DNA of 64,000 nucleotides from Ectothiorhodospiraceae bacterium (GTDB lineage Bacteria; Pseudomonadota; Gammaproteobacteria; GCA-002705445; GCA-002716945): NCBI GenBank assembly GCA_019651095.1, contig BOXR01000001.1, positions 224,405 to 288,404 of the forward strand, read 5' to 3'. Shown piece by piece: positions 59,253 to 64,000 of this stretch (position 1 is its first letter; each line of letters starts with the position of its first letter). The notes under the pieces were generated by a model. It saw only the letters and a program-made list of their open reading frames with translations, ran no database searches and was not told where the DNA came from. The position numbers and the translations under genes were made by a program.

Positions 59253-59283
59253 AAAAAAGGAGAGTAACACTCTCCTTTTTTTT
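59253..59283 (+). terminator. rho-independent terminator (A-tract / hairpin / T-tract, potentially bidirectional)
   Basis: AAAAAA-GGAGAGT-aac-ACTCTCC-TTTTTTTT, 19 nt after the DUF1326 stop. Confidence 0.8.
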
Positions 59284-59335
59284 AATCGTTCCATTAGTAA
59301 ACTTATTATCGATAAGTTACTATCAACAAGAACCC

Positions 59336-60759
59336 ATGGCAAAAGAGCAAGATAATCAAGTACAACAAGAAATCAATAAGGCCATAAACTTTCTTGGTCA
59401 AAATAAGTTTCTTGAAGCTGAAAACACATGTCTCAAAATAATAGACTCAGGTGATAATGCGGATGCTTATCATATATTGTCCTCAATTAAGATTTACCAG
59501 CAAGAATTTGAGGATTCAATAAAATATGTGAAAAAATCAATTGCAATTAATGATGCTAATCCAGGATATCATGTAACTCTGGGTTGTGCCTATAGCGCAA
59601 AAAAAGACTACCAGAGTTCTGTAACAGCATTTAAAAATGCGATAAAAATTAATAATAAGATTGCACAAGTGCACTTCTACCTTGGAGAATCTTATAGAAA
59701 ACTTAAGAAGTACAATGATGCTATTTCTTCATTTTATAATACAGCCGAGTTATCACCCGATCATGTAGGAGCTTACCTACTTCTTGGCGTGGTCTATCAA
59801 GAAAAAAAACAATTTGATCTATCGATTAAAGCTTTTCAAAAATGCATTGAAATTATGCCTGATTATGCAGAAGCACATCTTAATTTAGGGCTATGCTATC
59901 TTTTGATTGGAGACTATGAAAATGGTTGGAGGGAATATGAGTGGAGAAGAAAACTTTTAAAAGAATCAAATGATAAACTTTCGAAAGAATGGTCTGGTCA
60001 AAATTTAGAAAACAAAACACTCCTTGTTCTTGATGAGGGGGCTGATGGGAATCTTATTCATTTCATACGATTTATTAGAGAGTTAAAAAAAGAAAGCTGT
60101 AAAGTCATAGTCCAGTGTTCAGAAGAAGCAAAGACTTTAATTGATAATCAGAAGTGGATTGACAAGGCTATTGCTGCTGATGAGTTTCCAGAGCATGATT
60201 TTTATATTCCTATTGGGTCTTTGATGAATGTTTTAAAATATAACCCTAATCATCATGAGCAAATCTTCCCATACATCGAAGTTGATACAGATCAAACAAG
60301 TACAAATGACAAAGGCCAAGTAAATATCGGGCTAGTGTTCGAGACAGATAGAAATTCAAATGCCCATGATGATGAGAGCATAGATCCAGGATTCTTTGAA
60401 AATATATTTAACGAGAAACACAATGTAATTTGTTTAGATAAATACGTGACCAATGAGACACTTCCAGACTATTGTAGTAAACACATCACCTATTCAAATC
60501 TTCAGGAATTATCCACAGTAATAAGCAATCTGGATTTAATCATCACGGTTGACCATCTTGTTGCTCACCTTGCAGGGGCATTAAATATTGATACAATTTT
60601 ATGTTGCCTTGCGTTCCTAATTGGAGATGGGATATGAACTTCAGGGAGTCGAGTGTTTGGTACAAAAGTTTTAAAGTAATAAGACAACAAACCCCAGGAG
60701 ATTGGACGTTAGTCATGAGTAAACTTGGTAATTATCTTTCAGGTTCAAAAAATGGTTGA
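59336..60759 (+). CDS. TPR-repeat protein fused to a glycosyltransferase family 9-like (heptosyltransferase-fold) domain; one frameshift near 60605
   Basis: Five to six N-terminal TPR units, then EYEWRRKLL..WSGQNLENKTLLVLDEGADGNLIHFIRFI and VDHLVAHLAGALN. The shifted tail reads LPCVPNWRWDMNFRESSVWYKSFKVIRQQTPGDWTLVMSKLGNYL.., the usual C-terminus of this TPR-GT9-like architecture. Confidence 0.7.
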
Positions 60760-61522
60760 ATTCTTAATAGATCAAGCATTAAGAGAAGCGATTGATTTAC
60801 ACAATAGAAATCAACTTGACGATGCAAAATCCTTATACAATAAAATAATTGAGCATGATAAAGAAAATAGCGATGCTTATCATCTTCTGTCATTGATAAA
60901 TTTAGTCGAGGGTAAACTCGATGAAGCAAAACAAAACATAGTAAAAGCGATTGACTTGCAGCCTGATATTGCTGTCTATCATTCTAATTATGGAAACATT
61001 CTGTACCACAGCAATAACCACGAGTTTGCCATTCAAGAGCATAAAAGGGCAATTAAGCTCGATAAAAAAAACTTTCAATCTTTCTATGGCTTAGGCGTAA
61101 TTTATTCTCATTTGAAAAATTATCAATTTGCTGAGGATAACTATAAGAAAGCTTTGTCACTGGATGATAATTCATCAGTTGCGCATAATAATCTTGCTAA
61201 TTTATATAATCACGTTAACCCAAATAAAGCTGAGAAACACTATCTTAAAGTACTAGAATTGGTTCCTGACGATCCCATGCCTTATATTAATATTTCTAAC
61301 TACTATTTAAAGAATACTAAATATAAAAAATGTGTCGAAACTCTTGAGGATGCACTCACTAAAAAGCTAAAAACTAAAGAGCTACTTAATAATTTGGGTA
61401 TTGCTTATCTGGCTACAAAAGAAAATGAGAAATCTAAAGCAATGTTCCTAGAAGCTCTGGAGATAGATCCAAATTACAAACCTGCTGCTGATAATCTAGA
61501 AAATCTTAAAAATATCGTATAA
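60752..61522 (+). CDS. TPR-repeat protein
   Basis: 256 aa from MVEFLID (the ATG overlaps the previous stop, ATGGTTGA). Six to seven TPR units (AYHLLSLINLVEGKLDEAKQNIVKAIDLQPD etc.). Confidence 0.7.
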   Translation: MVEFLIDQALREAIDLHNRNQLDDAKSLYNKIIEHDKENSDAYHLLSLINLVEGKLDEAKQNIVKAIDLQPDIAVYHSNYGNILYHSNNHEFAIQEHKRAIKLDKKNFQSFYGLGVIYSHLKNYQFAEDNYKKALSLDDNSSVAHNNLANLYNHVNPNKAEKHYLKVLELVPDDPMPYINISNYYLKNTKYKKCVETLEDALTKKLKTKELLNNLGIAYLATKENEKSKAMFLEALEIDPNYKPAADNLENLKNIV

Positions 61523-61584
61523 AAATCCTCTCTAGACAGTTTACTTCTCTAATTATTCGATTAGTATGATAAGTGGGGGAGTTT

Positions 61585-62508
61585 ATGAAATGCATTAAAT
61601 ATCCAGGCCTACTGTCATATGTAGCGGCGTTATTGTTGTCGTCGAATATTGCTATGGCTGGCGGCGTTAAAGATGCTGTTAACCAGGCCAAAGATAGGGC
61701 CCTCCAAAATGCTTTCTCTTATGGAGATTCTGCTATCGAATCATGGGCTAGAGATAACTTATCTAGCTTGAGACTTATAGAAATTGAGACTAGAACAAGA
61801 CAAAGTTCTAAACCCACTTTTAGGGCAATCTCATTATTTGAAATTACAGGCAACGATTTTACTAAAATTCTAACTCAATTGTCCTACTCAACATTTGATG
61901 ACAATGAGACATTAAATGCAGGTCTCGTTTACAGGATGATGAATGAGGATATGACGGTCATCTATGGCCTAAATGTATTTTATGATCATCAGTTCAATAC
62001 TGGACATGCTAGAACTGGGCTGGGCTTTGAGATGAAGTCAAGTGTTTACGATGTAAATATTAATCTGTATGATGCGCAAACCGAAATTCACCATGTTAAT
62101 GGTGTTCCAGAAGTTGCTGCTGGCGGATATGATGCTGAAATTGGTGCGCAAGTTCCATACCTGCCATGGGCCAAACTGTACTATAAAGCTTATCAGTGGA
62201 ATAATGAAACGCTTAATATTAAAGACGGGGAGAATATTAGTCTATATATGGAACCAACACCACGCTTATCAGTTGAGTTAGGTGTTCAAGATGATGACAA
62301 TATGGATAGCGAATCTTTTCTTAAATTGAATTACGTTATTTGTTGTAATGAGAGAAGAATAGGGCCATCAATATTTACTGTTTCAAATAGTGCATTCAAT
62401 TACGGCAAAATTGATAGTCAGAGAATGTATGAAAAGGTTAGAAGAGAAAATAATATAATCACAGTTAGAGGCGGCGGCGCCTTTACAGTAACTGCGAGCG
62501 GATTCTAA
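61585..62508 (+). CDS. inverse-autotransporter (intimin/invasin family) beta-barrel domain protein lacking a passenger
   Basis: Signal peptide MKCIKYPGLLSYVAALLLSSNIAMAGG. The core aligns by eye with the intimin beta-domain: NAGLVYR..YGLNVFYDHQF..HARTGLGFEM..NINLY..GGYDAEIGAQVPYLPWAKLYYKAYQW... The linker-type motif MYEKVRRENNIITVR compares with intimin YDLVQRNNNIILEY. The protein ends 15 aa later. Confidence 0.7.
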   Translation: MKCIKYPGLLSYVAALLLSSNIAMAGGVKDAVNQAKDRALQNAFSYGDSAIESWARDNLSSLRLIEIETRTRQSSKPTFRAISLFEITGNDFTKILTQLSYSTFDDNETLNAGLVYRMMNEDMTVIYGLNVFYDHQFNTGHARTGLGFEMKSSVYDVNINLYDAQTEIHHVNGVPEVAAGGYDAEIGAQVPYLPWAKLYYKAYQWNNETLNIKDGENISLYMEPTPRLSVELGVQDDDNMDSESFLKLNYVICCNERRIGPSIFTVSNSAFNYGKIDSQRMYEKVRRENNIITVRGGGAFTVTASGF

Positions 62509-62510
62509 TA

Positions 62511-63356
62511 ATGAAAAAATTTCTGATTATTTTTATATCAATCTTCATGATTCCTCTCATAGGTAATACAGAGACTTGTTCTGTGTCGTCGGGAGTAACT
62601 ACTATTTCTGGAGGCAGCTGCGGTAGTCAGCCAGATTCTTATGGGATAAATATGTATAAAATGTATTTATGTACATCTGCACCAACTCAACCAACAACAT
62701 CTTCCACAGCTGATTTAGATGCAGGTGGTTGTGTACTCGTACTCAATGGCGGGACTGATGGAGTAAGGGTCGATGTGACAGGATCAACTAAAGTAGAATT
62801 TACAGGTGCAACTTTCACGAAACCCGCACAAGGTGTGTATACGCATGGTTATATGCATATAGATAATGTATTTTATATTAAGCAACAAAGAATTTTTAAT
62901 GAGGCAAAGGAAGGCTTAAAAAGTGGGACGGATAATGGTATTCACTGTTCAACACTTTCTGGAACGGGCTCCGACTCTGATCAGAATTCAACTTGTGGAT
63001 CTTCAGCTATAACACCAGGTACTTGGGGTTCAGTGTTGACAGACTTAGATGGCGGTACGGCTGGGTTCCAAGCAAGCGCAGAAGCAACCAACCTTAATAA
63101 TACTGGAAGTGATATAAAAGGTATTCTTCTTGATAGTAACGCATATACGGCTGAGACTGCAGGCGAAGTTGATACTCTAGCTGGATTTCAAACTTTTGGC
63201 ACACCGGTAACGGTTGGTCTTAATACGAAATCATTTGATATTGCATTTGGCATAACAGAAGGCTCAACTATTTTTGAGGATGACAGCGACCCAAATGTAG
63301 TTGGATTTAGTAGTGGTCCTTTCCAAGCTGTTATTATTCCTATAAACCACGAGTAA
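62511..63356 (+). CDS. secreted Gly/Thr/Ser-rich protein of unknown function with its own signal peptide
   Basis: 281 aa. MKKFLIIFISIFMIPLIGNTETC.. signal sequence, several Cys pairs, no TM, acidic. Starts 2 nt after the barrel gene stop. Confidence 0.55.
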   Translation: MKKFLIIFISIFMIPLIGNTETCSVSSGVTTISGGSCGSQPDSYGINMYKMYLCTSAPTQPTTSSTADLDAGGCVLVLNGGTDGVRVDVTGSTKVEFTGATFTKPAQGVYTHGYMHIDNVFYIKQQRIFNEAKEGLKSGTDNGIHCSTLSGTGSDSDQNSTCGSSAITPGTWGSVLTDLDGGTAGFQASAEATNLNNTGSDIKGILLDSNAYTAETAGEVDTLAGFQTFGTPVTVGLNTKSFDIAFGITEGSTIFEDDSDPNVVGFSSGPFQAVIIPINHE

Positions 63357-63752
63357 TTATTCATGGCAAGAATAATCCTCTTGCATACATAATTTTCTAT
63401 TTCTCAAATGGGAGAAAACTAGCAATATACTGCCACAAACCGTGATGAGTACAGTAATTAATTCCTCACTATGTTGATCACTGTGATGAATGTCATGTAA
63501 TAATAACGCAGAGCCAAGAAGTATAATTCCGAATGTTCCCATTATAGCTACTATGGCGTCTTTGTGTCTTCTGCATCCCAATACAAACGATACCAAAGCA
63601 CAAGGCAGAATAAAGTATATAAGCGCTTCATGAAATTCATGACTAGCAAGAAATGAATAAGGCGCTATAAGAAATATCGCAGGTAGTAATAAGCAGTGTA
63701 CGGCACACACTGATGATATAGTTATTCCTAAATTATCTATTATCTTCTGCAT
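63357..63752 (-). CDS. MerC-domain-like small membrane protein (Cys/His-rich, 4 TM)
   Basis: 131 aa. The first TM carries SSVCAVHCLLLP (CxxHC). A His-rich loop HDIHHSDQH and a C-terminal CMQEDYSCHE follow. Confidence 0.5.
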   Translation of the reverse strand: MQKIIDNLGITISSVCAVHCLLLPAIFLIAPYSFLASHEFHEALIYFILPCALVSFVLGCRRHKDAIVAIMGTFGIILLGSALLLHDIHHSDQHSEELITVLITVCGSILLVFSHLRNRKLCMQEDYSCHE

Positions 63753-63827
63753 TGGTGTAATTCGTATTATGCATGTATATCATAATAATGATAGCATATT
63801 TAGATAATGTCATCTCAACACTACAAT

Positions 63828-64000
63828 ATGAGTCTCAAAAATGGACATGTGATGATTGATGGTGAGCTTATTACTACGAATATTTATATTAATGATGGGT
63901 CTATAAATCTTATCTCAGATAATAACTTTGAGAGTGATCAAACTATAGATTGTAAAAACCTCATTATCCTTCCCGGCGTTATCGATTCGCAGGTACACTT
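63828..64000 (+). CDS. cyclic amidohydrolase (dihydroorotase/allantoinase-like), N-terminal fragment running off the window
   Basis: MSLKNGHVMIDGELITTNIYINDGSI..DCKNLIILPGVIDSQVH: the composite-domain N-terminus and the first metal-binding HxH region (D.QVH) of the amidohydrolase superfamily. Confidence 0.65.
   Translation, partial: MSLKNGHVMIDGELITTNIYINDGSINLISDNNFESDQTIDCKNLIILPGVIDSQVH

Overview
AT-rich (about one-third G+C by eye) chromosomal segment with the classic gammaproteobacterial origin-proximal gene order. On the minus strand: xthA, gyrB, recF, dnaN, dnaA. Diverging from these on the plus strand: rpmH-rnpA-yidD-yidC-mnmE-mnmG-rsmG-parA-parB, the full F1Fo ATP synthase operon atpIBEFHAGDC, and glmU-glmS. 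About 2 kb past glmS lies the most system-like element: a blue-tuned proteorhodopsin followed by crtI-crtB-crtY-blh, i.e. opsin plus the retinal pathway from GGPP onward. Small light-associated genes (YtoQ, DUF2805/TIGR03643) sit just upstream of it. The rest is mostly housekeeping:
- acs and an SRAP peptidase
- S41 protease and an ArsR-rhodanese-secB-gpsA cluster
- glnA-ntrB-ntrC with a clear sigma54 promoter
- an alpha2-type glyQS in the Pseudomonas-like glyS-gmhB-plsC context
- thiS-thiG-trmB, tRNA-Thr(CGU), rfbA, ispA and an RDH-like SDR

The right end is accessory-looking:
- a GltD-like flavoprotein with a cytoplasmic molybdopterin oxidoreductase
- DUF1326
- two TPR proteins, one fused to a GT9-like domain
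- a barrel-only inverse-autotransporter (intimin/invasin-type) beta-domain gene followed by a separately signal-peptided secreted protein

The sequence carries roughly twenty frameshifts, several in essential genes (atpD, mnmG, glyQS). A ~2 kb homopolymer-stuttered, ORF-free stretch sits exactly where dnaN and recF belong. I read this as sequence-quality damage rather than biology. All functional calls rest on motif and synteny recognition by eye; no database search was possible. The organism guess (streamlined marine gammaproteobacterium, SAR86-like) is inference only.
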